Shown here: in pieces, positions 10,401-21,308 of the stretch
Position numbering within the stretch: position 1 is the stretch's first letter
Layout: the number at the start of each line of letters is the position of its first letter
NCBI GenBank assembly: GCA_030141605.1
Contig: JAQGDQ010001634.1
Location: 1-31,596 of the forward strand
From: Tubiluchus corallicola
Lineage: Eukaryota > Animalia > Priapulida
Length of the DNA: 31,596 bases
Direction of reading: 5' to 3'
The notes under the pieces: model-generated
The model's database searches: none
The model's input: only the letters and a program-made list of their open reading frames with translations
Told to the model about the DNA's origin: nothing
Program-made: the position numbers and the translations under genes

Positions 10401-11327
10401 ATTTTGCCTTGAAAATTCGGTGTTGAAGACCTCTGTACTTTTGCTCCTTTCCATCCTTTTCCCAGAACCACATCTAGAGGATAATTGTTTGCTGCTCTCA
10501 AATATGTCACCGAAAACTGGGTGGTTGCTTGCTTTGGCCTTCTTGTTAACGAAATACACTAAATCTGCAAATGTGGCTTCCTTAATATGATGTTGATTAT
10601 TAGAATCATCTTCTTCAGTGAGCGTACTTAACCACTGGCTTCGCCATTGCATTGGTAACCGCCTCACAATCTTCTTTAAATTATCAGAAGCATTAATATC
10701 CGCGTGATAACCTAGACGCCCTAAAGCATCTCGGCAATCAACCAGTTTATCAGCATAATCTTGAAGCCCTTTCCTGTCACTGACCTTGAACTCTGGTCCA
10801 TCAATTAATCCATTAATGTATGCTCGGGCTATCACATAAGGAGAGCCAAAACGCTCTTCCAAAAGCTTCTTTGCTTTCACGAAGCCTTCGCTTAGTTGCA
10901 GCGTCACACAGTTTTTAATCAGCTCATAAGCCTTACCAGTTGTATATCGTTGTAAGAAGTGCAATTTTTCGCCATTGTCGCTGCATTTTGATTCAACATT
11001 GGCCTCAAATGAGCATAGAAAACGATGATAATCAGTTGGATCACCATTAAATTCAGTTAGCGCTGATGCAGGTAAAGAAAAACCTCGTTTTATTGCATCT
11101 GCCATCTCCCTGATAACATTGTCATTAGATGCAGATGGTGTATTCCTCAGCTGGGCATAGTCAAGATGGTCGTACGTTACATGTCCTTGTGCAACTTGAG
11201 CCCCGTCAACAACACGAGAAGTTGGGTTCACATGAGCGAGTGTGTCTGCTCTTGTGAATGCACCTGCATTCATTGCTGTTTGTCTGGCTTTATCCTGGGA
11301 ACGCCCTTGCGATCTGTGGTGGGTCAT
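7464..11327 (-). CDS. BEL/Pao Gag-Pol polyprotein (Gag core, zinc knuckles, aspartic protease, reverse transcriptase, RNase H), truncated before integrase
   Basis: LTEFNGDPTDY (DUF1759-type Gag); CPMC..H...C, CINC....H....C, C....C....HHQMLH; AMLDSCS (protease); WYLPHHGV..KIRVVFN, ADIEGMFNQV, NFYVDDLL (RT); HHFSDAS..AYG, PRLELQA, FWTDS, NVADDITRG (Pao RNase H). Similarity ends after YFSSW. Confidence 0.93.
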   Translation of the reverse strand: MTHHRSQGRSQDKARQTAMNAGAFTRADTLAHVNPTSRVVDGAQVAQGHVTYDHLDYAQLRNTPSASNDNVIREMADAIKRGFSLPASALTEFNGDPTDYHRFLCSFEANVESKCSDNGEKLHFLQRYTTGKAYELIKNCVTLQLSEGFVKAKKLLEERFGSPYVIARAYINGLIDGPEFKVSDRKGLQDYADKLVDCRDALGRLGYHADINASDNLKKIVRRLPMQWRSQWLSTLTEEDDSNNQHHIKEATFADLVYFVNKKAKASNHPVFGDIFESSKQLSSRCGSGKRMERSKSTEVFNTEFSRQNVTCPMCLRDHSLEDCTDFKKNVTDDRFQFVFKKKLCINCFKPDHRSKMCPLGMKCKDTNCKTHTKHHQMLHPLPRFGRGGITERRQQPGQQKTPSVSYNPPNGAGPSQIDDHSGGNGTVVVAEVTETENRNVPELRSCNSTQFVDPGCFLQVVPVTVKSELNGRTVTTLAMLDSCSSSCLCEQKLLQYLKVEGSKGTVSITTVCGKEQRQVEKIDLLVSGIDCDEYIKLPSVAAMNGLNLSSTKCPKRVELNTFEHLKSIPFYTADINEVTLMIGTNATRCFLVYETRSGSNDEPIAVRGPLGWSILGGTSNSLQCTSNYTKTEDGDMLLKQVQKFWEMDSCGVVREATVGMSVEDAQALKVTTDSAQLIDGHYQFKIPFRQDPPELPNNRHVALRNFLMLERKFEKDSDYMELYKKAMSDNIQKGYAKQVDEEYSGIRQDGDGKNPIYWYLPHHGVFHPRKPNKIRVVFNCSCKCNGISLNDVIMSGPNLTSNLLDVLLRFREHEVAICADIEGMFNQVLVDPSQYDMLRFLWYDDGAQIGDSPVDYHMSVHLFGCISSPFCANLAVRKTADDNAHDFDAATLYAVKNNFYVDDLLKSVSTEYEAVRLANSLTELLQRGGFHLTKFLSNREAVIKEIPELERAKPILDLQQKLADPPIESALGIRWNTQDDVFQFKSVLKGKPTTRRGILSETSSLFDPLGFLCAVILPAKVLLQHLCKLKLDWDEHIPDDLEAKWLKWTSSLSSLNDLNIPRCIKLINFGPATSTQLHHFSDASNDAYGVCSYVRFVNQQGQIHCCLLTAKSRVAPLKTQTVPRLELQASIIAVRINKTILEALDIKIDAVVFWTDSTSVLKFIQNEKKRFQVYVANRLAEIHCGSDVSQWRYVTSSQNVADDITRGIKAEQLSADHRWFKGPPFLWKTQAEWPAQPTLFPVPDDHEEVKKVQINLAIQEEPIDELLTYFSSWPTSLLWVLPGFCD

Positions 11328-12136
11328 GGTGTCATGTGAGACAAGTGCGAATGCAACTCAACTGAATTTGCATCTCTTTCTTCTTCCTGCAAAATTCGCA
11401 AACTCTCTGTTGCTATCTTAAAATCAGTCTCTGCTTTAAGTTTTTCAGACTGTTGCTCAATTTTCAACTGTTGTTGTTTTAGCATTTGTTCACCTTGCAA
11501 CTGTTCAAGCTTTAGTTTTGCTTTATAGGCATCCACCTTTATTTTAGCGCTTGAACTCACGCTGCGTCGCGAGTTTGCCTGTGATGAGCGTGTGAGGGCG
11601 GATCCATGATCGCTACCCGGTGGTGCGGGCACTTCCGGTGGCTTGAGTGAATGCAAACGGGCGGATCCATGATCACTACCAGGAGAGGGTGCTGCATGTG
11701 GGCTTGGTTGCCATTTCTGTTGTAGATACGCCTCCACGTTTGCTTGCACGGCACTGTACTCACAGCTTTTGCCATCCATGTACTCACATATTTCATCTAA
11801 TTCACATTGTTCAGTCACTAATTGCTTCAAAGTCTCACAAGTGTTTAGAACCTCCTCATACGCCTTTGTTAATGAATCGGCCTTTTCCTTTATTAGTTCA
11901 AAATCGGCATTCTGTCGTAGTAGTGACTTCAAAACATTAATCAGTCTTGTCATGTAGGCCACTTGACCTGACCTAGTTCTTTTTAACTTTTTAATGTTCT
12001 CAGACGGCATTAGAAATTGTTGCCAATCAGGAATTGCAGTAGTACCCGTGACAGTAGATTCAGTTTCCAGTGGGTTACTCTCATCACTAATACTATCTGC
12101 GTGCTGAGAAAGTTCCTTCTTTCCAGACTGTGACAT
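11324..12136 (-). CDS. N-terminal Gag segment of the BEL/Pao element (coiled-coil rich, 270 aa from MSQSGKKE)
   Basis: First in-frame ATG at 12136, 144 bp downstream of the LTR end; LKRTRSGQ..YMTRLIN helical start, S-rich linker, Q/E/K coiled coil, 21-aa internal duplication (PGSDHGSA twice); its stop overlaps the next ATG. Confidence 0.75.
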   Translation of the reverse strand: MSQSGKKELSQHADSISDESNPLETESTVTGTTAIPDWQQFLMPSENIKKLKRTRSGQVAYMTRLINVLKSLLRQNADFELIKEKADSLTKAYEEVLNTCETLKQLVTEQCELDEICEYMDGKSCEYSAVQANVEAYLQQKWQPSPHAAPSPGSDHGSARLHSLKPPEVPAPPGSDHGSALTRSSQANSRRSVSSSAKIKVDAYKAKLKLEQLQGEQMLKQQQLKIEQQSEKLKAETDFKIATESLRILQEEERDANSVELHSHLSHMTP

Positions 12137-12279
12137 TATTATTTCCACACAGCAGTCTAAAGTTTTACAGCAACGTAGCAGTAGTTGTCCTACAATCAGT
12201 GTTAACAGCAAAGTAGGTCAAGCTCAGAGTTGTGTACCTGTATAGGCTACAGCATGGCTTCTAATCCTCCACAGTTCAC

Positions 12280-12991
12280 TGTTGTAAAAAATAAACTTTC
12301 CACAGCAAATGTCAGCATAATAGTTAGTCAGGTTAATGATGTAGTCACAGAAAACACTTTAAACAGAGGTTAATACCACTGAATGCTTTATTAACATAAT
12401 TAGTATGTCCAGTATAACATAAATGTTCAACAGCTCCCATAAGTGGATTAACCTGACTGTTCAGAGCACAGGTGTGTAATCACAGACAGGTGACTAGCAG
12501 GTAACAAACAGAAAAGCTGGCCAAAACCAAAAGCTTTACATTCACGTCACAGATGGCGCCTCGTGCACGATAAGTAAGATTAACAAAAAGAATGCTAAGT
12601 CTGCTACATTTGATATGCTTGAGTTTAGATACACACAGAAAACTATGGATAAGAAACAAACAGCTACAATAAATTCTTGCATTTGACACAACAGGTGAAA
12701 CGTTTATTTTACCACAGAAACATGAATGGAAGAATTGTTGCATTGAACATTTAGCCAAATTAGAATAAAACCACTCAGTAAAACCTGTTTCACAGTCAGA
12801 ATTCTGGTATTGACCTAGACCTAAGCAGACTTGCACAGGCTTCACAACAACCACTAATTTAAAATAGGGAGAAGACCAGTGTGTATGTGGTCACTGGACC
12901 ATACAATTATATTGCAGGCAAGTCAGCTGCTGGAAGTTTACAAGATTAGTGCTAGATGGCAGCACCCGGCAACAATGTACAGATACCAACA
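12280..12991 (-). repeat. Putative 5' LTR (~712 bp) of the BEL/Pao element
   Basis: Minus strand begins TGTTG (12991) and ends CAACA (12280); AATAAA ~110 bp before the end (12392-12387); lies just upstream of gag. There is no second copy to confirm the boundaries, and an alternative TGTTG start lies at ~12974. Confidence 0.6.
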
Positions 12992-13439
12992 ACTCCCGCA
13001 ATAATAATAATAATTATTATTATTATGTGTAGTTGGTAAATAACTTAGCTGGAAGAGAAAAGAAAATTTAAAAGTTCCGTTAACGTTCAGAAGAAGAAAT
13101 ACTTGGATTTCAGAAGTCGATGTGTGTTTCGTGTTTCCATGCTTAATTGATAGTGTAAATTCCATTTGAGTCGACCGGCGTCTTCACCTGCCGTCCAGTC
13201 AAGCACCTCTGACTGTTAGCTTTGATGTTGAGCGATTATCTCCGTTAGCTAGAAAGCAGACTCTTTTGACCAGGTCGAAAGAACTACAAAGAGACGTTGG
13301 TAGTTACTCATCAATGATATTGACTGCGATAAATTCAAGTGAGAATTGGACCGTTGATAGATCCTCCTGCATTGTCCATTGCAGACAGCTATATTGAATA
13401 TTTCGACCAGACTCTACATGTGAACTTATCTTCGTGTAA

Positions 13440-13760
13440 ATTACAGCACCTATGGAACTAATGAGTCCATACGGGTAGATAGCAGATGGGGTAAGATTGG
13501 TGAGAATAATGACCTTGAACAGCCTTGGAAAGCGATCGACTGGAAGGCTGTGTCAACGATTCTGATAATTTTAATCTTGAGAGTCCCACAGACAAAGTTT
13601 TTCAAATGCTTTAAGAACTTATTGAATCCTGATAGAAGCATTTGTAGTGACTTAATTTCAAAGTGCTCCGGCCCATACATTCCGGTGACTGATTCGAGCA
13701 TTAGATTAGATGAATGTAAAGAAGCCGTTAAAAGTTTTAAGCCTAACAACAGTAAGCCTG
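13440..13760 (+). pseudogene. Decayed LINE ORF fragment (linker region preceding RT; RTEX-like by recall)
   Basis: Frameshifted translation RWGKIGENNDLEQPWKAIDWK / ..ESPTDKVF / CFKNLLNP...PYIPVTDSSIRLDECKEAVKSFKPN resembles the W.AIDWKG..P.D..F..LLNP..IP.LD..I...E...A...K.NK pattern of invertebrate LINEs. Confidence 0.55.
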
Positions 13761-13869
13761 ATTTTTTCCGAAGAGATGCAGTCTGTGGCAGAAGAATGGG
13801 GTAACCTTTTTCCTTGGGTCAAAGCCTTTTGCCGTTAGGGGCCAAAAACCAGTGTCGATAATCAGTAGC

Positions 13870-14170
13870 TTGTAATAATGGCATGTAGCTTGTAGACATG
13901 AAATGGAAGGTATCGGTGAGAGGTAGTGAGAGTTACGCACAAATTGGATGACTGCTGACACCCACTAGGAAGGTAAAAATCGAAATTGGGGGTCGGGAAG
14001 ACAAATACTTGGAGCATCAAAAGGAATAATAGGTTGTAATGCATGAAATGATGGGTCAAAGTGAGGCAAATTGAATGGCATAAGTTATTATCAGAATGGT
14101 TGAGCCTTGGCCCCCCGAAGAGGTGAAAACCGAAATTGGGAGTCGGAGAAACAAATGCTTCCAGTCTCGA
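13870..14170. repeat. Diverged ~150-bp tandem duplication
   Basis: AGGTAAAAATCGAAATTGGGGGTCGGGAAGACAAATACTT (13971) vs AGGTGAAAACCGAAATTGGGAGTCGGAGAAACAAATGCTT (14121); CATGAAATG also recurs at 13897 and 14042. Confidence 0.7.
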
Positions 14171-14962
14171 ACAACAGTTACTCGTGGTAGTCCAAAGAAA
14201 GGTCTCAATAGTATGAATTGAAATGACCCGCGAATTACAGGTCAAAAAGTGATAAGTTTCATTTCATTTAAACTACTTATGTCAAAAAAACTTGTTAAGC
14301 TGCATGGTACTTACATGCATATTGTTACTTATTTTGAAAAAAAAATTATCCATAAACACGAAACAAAAGTGTCACAGAAGCAGGATCTTACCATAATTTT
14401 TGACACGTTCACCAGCTATCAGTTTCGTTAGTTCAATAGACAAAACCGCACTTTCTCATGCACAAGGTCGACCACAGATCATGAAAAACACGCAGTTCCT
14501 GATTTTCAATTATCCGTTATAAAATCCGTTATTCCAAAACATAATTCATCCGCTGACCTTCACTATGAGCTTGACCTAACAGTTAAATGTTTATTAATAA
14601 ACAATGCTTTGCTCTCCCCCACTCCTCTAGATACGTTTTCCTGATCATCTCTTCCCTTGCCACACTCTTTCTTGTTCATTTCTTGTGTTCAGGCCAATTC
14701 ATTCTTGTCTCTTTCATTGAGTCATACACATTATCCGCTGCCGTAGTGACACACCAGCCCACAATTCAAAAGGGAGGCTTGCACTTGTTGGGCCTACTCA
14801 TTGCAACATTGTTGCACATATTTTTATTGTTATGATGACGTTATTTGTACTATATTTTTACTTTTTTGGTCAGTCTTCCCTTCTTAATTTGATACTGCAT
14901 TTTAATTAACTAATCATAATTATAAAGATTTTAGATCGACGACACATATTATGAATGTATGT

Positions 14963-15242
14963 CACTTTGCCAGTGGTACATTTCGCCAGTGTCACATTTT
15001 ACCACCAAACACTTCGCCAGTGGTACACTCCCCAGTAAAATTTGTCTATGTTTTTACATTATTCTTTTAATAAAATATTTCAGTTCGCCAGTTGTACACT
15101 TCGCCAATACGCACTTTGCAAGCTTTAACATTACGCCAGTAAGATTTCTCTATTATGTTATCCTTTAACAAATTGTTTTTGTTCGGCGGTGGGTCAGTTC
15201 GCCAGTTCACACTTCGCCAGTAGTATATTTGGTCAACTGGTG
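14963..15242. repeat. Cluster of ~10 CACTTCGCCAGT-like motifs, probably DNA-transposon subterminal repeats
   Basis: TTCGCCAGT/TTTGCCAGT/TTACGCCAGT recur, often ~15 bp apart; the transposon origin is an inference. Confidence 0.6.
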
Positions 15243-15443
15243 AAAAGGTGAGTACAACACATCATAGGTAGGTCACACTTACATTACAATAGTTTTTTGA
15301 ACTACCACTTGGAAAATTGTGGAAACAATAGTCTGTTACTATTTTCAACATATAACCAATAAATAAATAAATTTTTATCTTGTGTCTATCAGTTCAACAA
15401 GCGAACGCTCGAGGTGACAGACATGGAAACAGTTTTTAGTTTA

Positions 15444-15643
15444 ATCTACGACCCCATGTGTGCGTAATGCGTGATGCGTGGTACGTAATACGTAATGCAA
15501 GTACAACAGTTTGCACTTAAACATGTGGAAGTGTTTCCATGTGTACGTAATGCGTAATGAATGATGCGTGATATGTATTCACTCGAACGTGATACGCATC
15601 AAGCATTACGGATCACGCATTACGCGCACATGCAGTCGTGGAT
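15444..15643. mobile_element. ~200-bp MITE-like inverted repeat built from GCGT(A/G)AT heptamers
   Basis: ATCTACGACCCCATGTGTGCGTAATGCGTGATGCGT vs the reverse complement of the right end ATCCACGACTGCATGTGCGCGTAATGCGTGATCCGT (36 bp, 5 mismatches). Confidence 0.75.
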
Positions 15644-16043
15644 AACAAAACAAAAAATAAGATTTTCACAAATGCAACCTCCGACTGGCTAAATTTGATA
15701 CATAAACCGGTTGTTACATTGCCGCAACCGACTCACAAAAATATATAATAGCTGCGTATCTGATCTTAGGGCTATAATTAAAATTTTCCTGTATAAGGCA
15801 CCCTGTCCCCGAAAGCAACATGCCAAAAACAGTTACCCGAATTTGAAAAAGACTTATTCTTAGGCAGAACAAATTTACTGGAATTTAGGAACCAGTTTTC
15901 TTTAGGGAATCATTCGCGCTTGAAGGATAAAACTTAATTTCCGTCCAGTAACCGCACTACTTACTTAGTAGAAAAAAATCTCAAGCGGCCTTCGGTCAAG
16001 TTAACAATTCTAGCATCAGTCAAAAAGCGAATAAGGATTAAAT

Positions 16044-16218
16044 ATGGCCGTCAACGTAGCAGGTCTCGTCTCTGTTATCGTGTTTTACATAATAATTTTG
16101 ACCATTGGTGTGCTAGCAGCGAGAAAAAGTAAGAAGTCTTCAAAATCCGTGAAAAGCGAGAAGCATTTGTTAGCTAGTCGAGGCATAGGCGTATTTGTTG
16201 GTACTTTTACACTTACAG
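16044..16218 (+). CDS. SLC5A7: High-affinity choline transporter CHT1-like, coding exon 1
   Basis: MAVNVAGLVSVIVFYIIILTIGVLAARK...SEKHLLASRGIGVFVGTFTLT; donor G/GTAAGT, phase 1. Confidence 0.93.
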
Positions 16219-16489
16219 GTAAGTTGACACTGTATAGGCATCACAGAAAAACCGTAATGCGTGTGGACCTTACAATTACGTGCTGTACTCCGCTACATTA
16301 TATAACATTATCCAGTTTTTCTTAATGAAACATTTATCTTCCCACCACAGAAATCTCAGTAAATTCCAGAAAATAATAATTGTTTTCTAAACTTCCTACG
16401 ACATCACTAACCAAACGTAAACGAAAGGCCTGAAAATTAAAAAACGACAGAGAAGATCATCTATTTTTTAACAAATGCTATCGAATAGG

Positions 16490-16587
16490 CCTACCTACCT
16501 ACCTACCTACCTACCTACCTACCTACCTACCTACCTACCTACCTACCTACCTACCTACCTACCTACCTACCTACCCACCTGCCTACC
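16490..16587. repeat. (CCTA)n microsatellite in intron 1
   Basis: Seen directly. Confidence 0.97.
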
Positions 16588-16740
16588 ATTACAAATATGG
16601 CTAATTGTTACATAATATTCTATTTGTTCAAAATTAAAAAAATAATTTGTTAGTTGCGTTTTATTTCGTAATTATTAAGTTCTACGTAGTCACATCACCA
16701 GACGTTAAAGTGCAAGCCAAATTGTTGACCCTGAGATGTT

Positions 16741-17583
16741 TTAAGGTGCAATGTAATATTAATAACACTTTTTTTACTGTTACTGTTTACAAGGCGGGAT
16801 AATGTGTGTCTTCTGTAGTTTCTGGTATAATCTGTATTGACTAAATCTCTTCCAGCTCTTCCAAATGAATCCCTCGTTCGTTAAATTGCTCAGAGTTGTT
16901 GAATTCTCACAGGAAGACAGGACAATTTTACATATACTAGCTCATTTTCAAATCCGATAAAAAGTATGCATTTTTTAAAACACAATTAAAACTACAAAAG
17001 CATTTCTGATAATTTAATAATAGATTAAAAACTTAAGTAAAGGTGAGCGAGCCCAACTATTGATGACATCACAAGCTAATATAACATTCAACAGCAAAAA
17101 TATTCCACGAGCGTGTTGCTCGTGTTTGCAAAAGCGAAAATTGAAGTGCAGTGATACTGTAAGATATTCAGTGTGTTGTACTAAAACTATACAAGTTTTA
17201 AGATAAAAATTCTAATTTCAAATTTACAGCTGTGCTTACGCATGAGCTGTCGAACGTGTGCAGTTCTTCACAAACTAACACATTTAAACTGAGAGGTACA
17301 GCACCTGTTTTTGTGCAATGCGTTTCCGAAATGCAGGCGCTAGCGTCCGGCAAACTAGCGAAAGGCGAAATTTATGTAACAGCGAAGAACTAGTGGCGCG
17401 AACGCGACTTGTGTGGTAATAATTCTTTCACGTAAGTCATTTTTGAAAAAAAATAATAATTATTATGTTTCCTTTCAATATCTGAAAGAGTAGATTGTTT
17501 TGACCTACAGTTTAAGATTGGGTCCAGTTTTGTTTTAATAACTGACTTCACAATTTAGACTGTCATTATGCAGTACACCTTAG
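16741..17583. mobile_element. Possible second Kolobok-like non-autonomous element in intron 1
   Basis: TTAA-GGTGCAATG at the left and CAGTACACC-TTAG at the right (imperfect TIR, imperfect TTAA). Confidence 0.35.
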
Positions 17584-18074
17584 CGGTTGTTTCTTAAACG
17601 AATGTTTGAGCCAAATTGCTTGTAGCTGTGCCAACGTTATCACAGCAAAATTCAAGCACTCCTTAAATTTGGGCCCAATTATGAAGACTCTAATATGGAT
17701 ATACCATGCCAGCTGCTAAAATTTTTTAATAATATATTGATATGTAATTATTGTAGTTTATACACGTTTTTCATAATCATCAATCATAAATTATTTAAAC
17801 TGAATTAAGCGCTAAACATGCGTTTGGTTGCGTCAAATATGCTGTACACATAGACGTCTTGCTAGAATATTGAATATTTATTGAATATTTAATTCAAATA
17901 GTCTAATATTACCTATTTACAAAATAATTTCTGATAAATCAACAGCAATTTCCCCTATCCTAACTAGCTTTTATCAACCTTTTGACATGCACAATAACAC
18001 ACGAAAGGTTCTTTGTTATCATTATTATTATTATTATTTTTTTTGTATCATTACATACAGATACAGCACATATA

Positions 18075-18077
<3 letters not shown>

Positions 18078-18113
<36 letters not shown>
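18078..18113. repeat. (TA)n microsatellite
   Basis: Seen directly. Confidence 0.95.
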
Positions 18114-18116
<3 letters not shown>

Positions 18117-18884
18117 AAATATAACAAGGAAAAGTTAGTGTAAACACACAAAAAGAAAAAAATGAGTATGCATAAAATTACAATCATCGCACATAATCGT
18201 ACATGAAAATATCGTTAGTTTTCACATATCCTTCACAGATAATCTTGTAAACATACATTAAATGCATTAATAACTACCTTTGTAACGTTCATGTTACCAA
18301 ACCTTAAAGAGAATCCATACTTTCTTCTTAAGTGACAATGACTATCGTATGTTAAATACAACGTTAATTGAACATTATAACTTTTCGGGTATGAAAGTGT
18401 TAGGCCTACTGGCCGCATTTTATGGTCTCGCGTCCCCATCTCTTTTTTTGATAAAATGGTTTATTTGATTGCTAAAATTTTCTCACCTATTTTGCTGCAC
18501 TAATTAAGAAGAAAATTAATTATTCTTTTTATAATCGAAAAAGTCTTTACACTATTTTACTGATCTAAAAACTGACTTAGCGAGATAAGCTTAGAAAATT
18601 TTACTCGTTTTGGTAATGAACGTCGTTTTCAAAAACCACTTGAAACAATCGTCTCTTCCTTGCAGCACAAGCATTACTTTTAAATTTTGTGCCGAAGAGA
18701 GACAATTCGTAAAGTGGAACCTGTTATTCTATTCTCTGTCATTCGCTTAAATCAAGAGAGGCTCGCTGTTTGTCTCAAAAAGTACAATTGAAAACGTTTT
18801 TGAGATTACGTTAGAAAGCTGCCTTCTCATGATGAAAATGTTTACAATTGCACCTATATTTAAGTTGTTTTTGTCATATTTTAG

Positions 18885-18992
18885 CTACGTGGGTCGGTGG
18901 CGGTTATACCAATGGCACTGCTGAGATTGTGTTCAAAGATGGACTAATTTGGTGCCAAGCTCCATTTGGTTACGCTATCAGTTTAGTTATAG
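18885..18992 (+). CDS. SLC5A7: CHT1-like coding exon 2
   Basis: TTTTAG/ acceptor; [36 protein letters not shown]; donor G/GTAAGG; 108 nt. Confidence 0.95.
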
Positions 18993-19266
18993 GTAAGGCA
19001 GTACTTAAAGTGATAAAACCGATTAAGTATTGTCCAAGATTATAGTGTGAAAATCTTCATAATTATTTCCACAGCCATATTATTGTTATGAGCCATGAAG
19101 AATAAGATGAGAAACAATGCTCTTGATGACTGCACATTGTTCTGTGTCTAAACTGAGCAGAGTGTGTGGCGCCATATAGTAACAAAGAAAGAAACATTTT
19201 AAACCGATCTTTCAAAAATTGCCGTTTTCTTAAACCACAGTCCCGCTCAGAGATGTATGGTACCTC

Positions 19267-20461
19267 CAAGGTCGGATTATCCTATAGGTTAGTATAGGCT
19301 GCAGCCTAGGGCCCTCAAGCTGTAATAGGTAAGATTTGGTAAAAAAAATCTGTTTTTCCAGTAAGGTTGTGTTGAAATATGTGCTAATTTGGTTTGAAAT
19401 AAATAGTAAACTAGCGGTATTTTTTAAAGAATGGTTTATTGACAGACAAAATATAGCTTTTTTAGTTTATTTAAAGAATTTGCATTAAGTTTACTTCAAG
19501 GCACATTGATCTGGAATAATCTAAACACAGACTTAAGAAATCTAACATACAAATCATTTAAGAAACAATAGAAAAAGTCCTTGATTAATGAGTAATGAGT
19601 AACAATATCATATTTACATTGTCAATATTATTCATCTTTTGTTTCTTTGCTTATAGTACATTTTGTGCCCTTTTACTATTATATGCATGGAAAAAGAATG
19701 TTTTGCATGAAGTTTTGTATGCTGATAAGCCCCCCTGATTCAAATAATTATAATTTTGAAATTTGAATTTTGTTTTGCACGTAATTTTGTTAAAATATGC
19801 ACCATGTTGATTTAGAGAACTATGAATAAAAGTCAATCAAATCTCTAGTCAGTAACTTTATTGCATGTATATTATATGATATATTAAAATTGCATGAAGT
19901 AATTTGAGTTTCTAGTACGCATTTAAAATCATTCCGCTGCTTGGCTCTTTTTGTTTGACGTTGCTTGAATGTATTATTGCAATTGCGTTTTTATCTGCTT
20001 TTTTAGGTTGATACTATTTTGATTTCTTATGATTTTATTTTGCACGAAATTTTGGCTTCCAAATAATTCCTACAGTTGATTGGTTCTTTTTTGCTTTTTA
20101 TTGAAATTTGTATTAGTTATGTTTTGCTAAGTATGCAACTGTTATGATTTTTTTCATTTTGAAGTTTTCTTTAGAAATAAGCATAGTAGCAACAGCCACC
20201 TTAACACTGGATGACAGCAGCGATGACCGTATGGTCTCTCTGTCATTCCGTCTCATAATTTTTATTTGAAACTTGTTATTACTTGTATTTGTGATCTCCA
20301 AAGAGACAATAAACTATTTTATTTCTATTTCAAGCTATGTAACTATCACGAAAATAATAATATCACCACTAGAAAATATTTAGGAGAGTAAGGACGATTT
20401 AGAGGGTGGTTCCGTCTAAGTCCCATAATCTCATTAACCCAGAGGGTCACAATCTGGCCCG
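19267..20461. mobile_element. hAT-superfamily non-autonomous element in intron 2
   Basis: Left end CAAGGTCGGATTA..AGGCTGCAGCCTAGGGCCC and right end AATCTGGCCCG resemble CAGGGCCGGATT/AATCCGGCCCTG hAT termini; flanked by an 8-bp near-TSD GGTACCTC (19259-19266) / AGTACCTC (20462-20469). Weak dimerisation-domain-like residue on - near 20060-20220. Confidence 0.7.
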
Positions 20462-20572
20462 AGTACCTCTAAATATTATAGTGAAGATTAGCAATAGAAT
20501 GGTTAATTATTATGCCCAACTGTTATAATCTGAATTCCATTATTCAATTAATTGTTTTTGTTTACTCTGCAG

Positions 20573-20728
20573 GAGGATTGTTTTTTGCTAAAAAGATGAG
20601 GGCTGCTGGTTACGTCACAATGATAGATCCACTACAACAAAAGTTCGGGAGAGTGATGGGAGCCTTGCTCTGTTTTCCACCGCTGCTAGGAGAAATTTTC
20701 TGGTCGGCAGCCATCTTGAAAGCACTAG
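20573..20728 (+). CDS. SLC5A7: CHT1-like coding exon 3
   Basis: CTGCAG/ acceptor; [52 protein letters not shown]; donor G/GTGACG; 156 nt. Confidence 0.95.
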
Positions 20729-21308
20729 GTGACGTGAAATAATAACAACTGCTATAAAAACACATGGCATGTGTCTTATGACCTGATTTCAGTGTTAATA
20801 AGAAAGCTTTTGTAATGACGAGAAATATGAGGAAAATTTTTGTACACCGTCTCCTAATTCCAACTTGTTTATCATTACTGTTTTATTAGCAGAAATTTTG
20901 AAAATTTTTTTTTAGATAACTTTAATGCTTTTTTTGAATATTGCCAAATTTTGAATGATAATCTGTCTGTATCCTGTTCCATGCTTGCCCATTTTGTCCT
21001 GCACAAGCTGGCTCATCTAGTTCCATTTTTTCTGCTTGTTCCATCTCACGATGTCCTATTAAGTAACCTTCTCTACCCTGTATCAAATCAGCCCAACACG
21101 AATTACTGTGTACGTTGTGTTTTGCCCTTATCAACATTGTACTAAACTCATTGTCTTTCTCCTGTTTTGTCGTGTCCTGTCCTGTCCTGTCCTGCCCCGT
21201 CCCATCTTATCCTATTCCATCCTGATTCATCCAATGCCCACTTTACCTCTGGCCTGTCCAGTCATCTTTTCAACCTGAGGTTAAACTCATTCAAGTCAAA
21301 TTCTTCAG

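Larger units (their letters stand above)
7464..12991 (-). mobile_element. BEL/Pao LTR retrotransposon, 3'-truncated (no integrase, no 3' LTR)
   Basis: Candidate 5' LTR followed by gag, three Cys/His knuckles, protease, RT and RNase H with BEL/Pao-specific motifs. Confidence 0.95.

Noticed and set aside
7552-11957. Short plus-strand and alternative-frame ORFs within the retrotransposon
   Set aside because: Shadow ORFs of gag-pol with no recognisable motifs.
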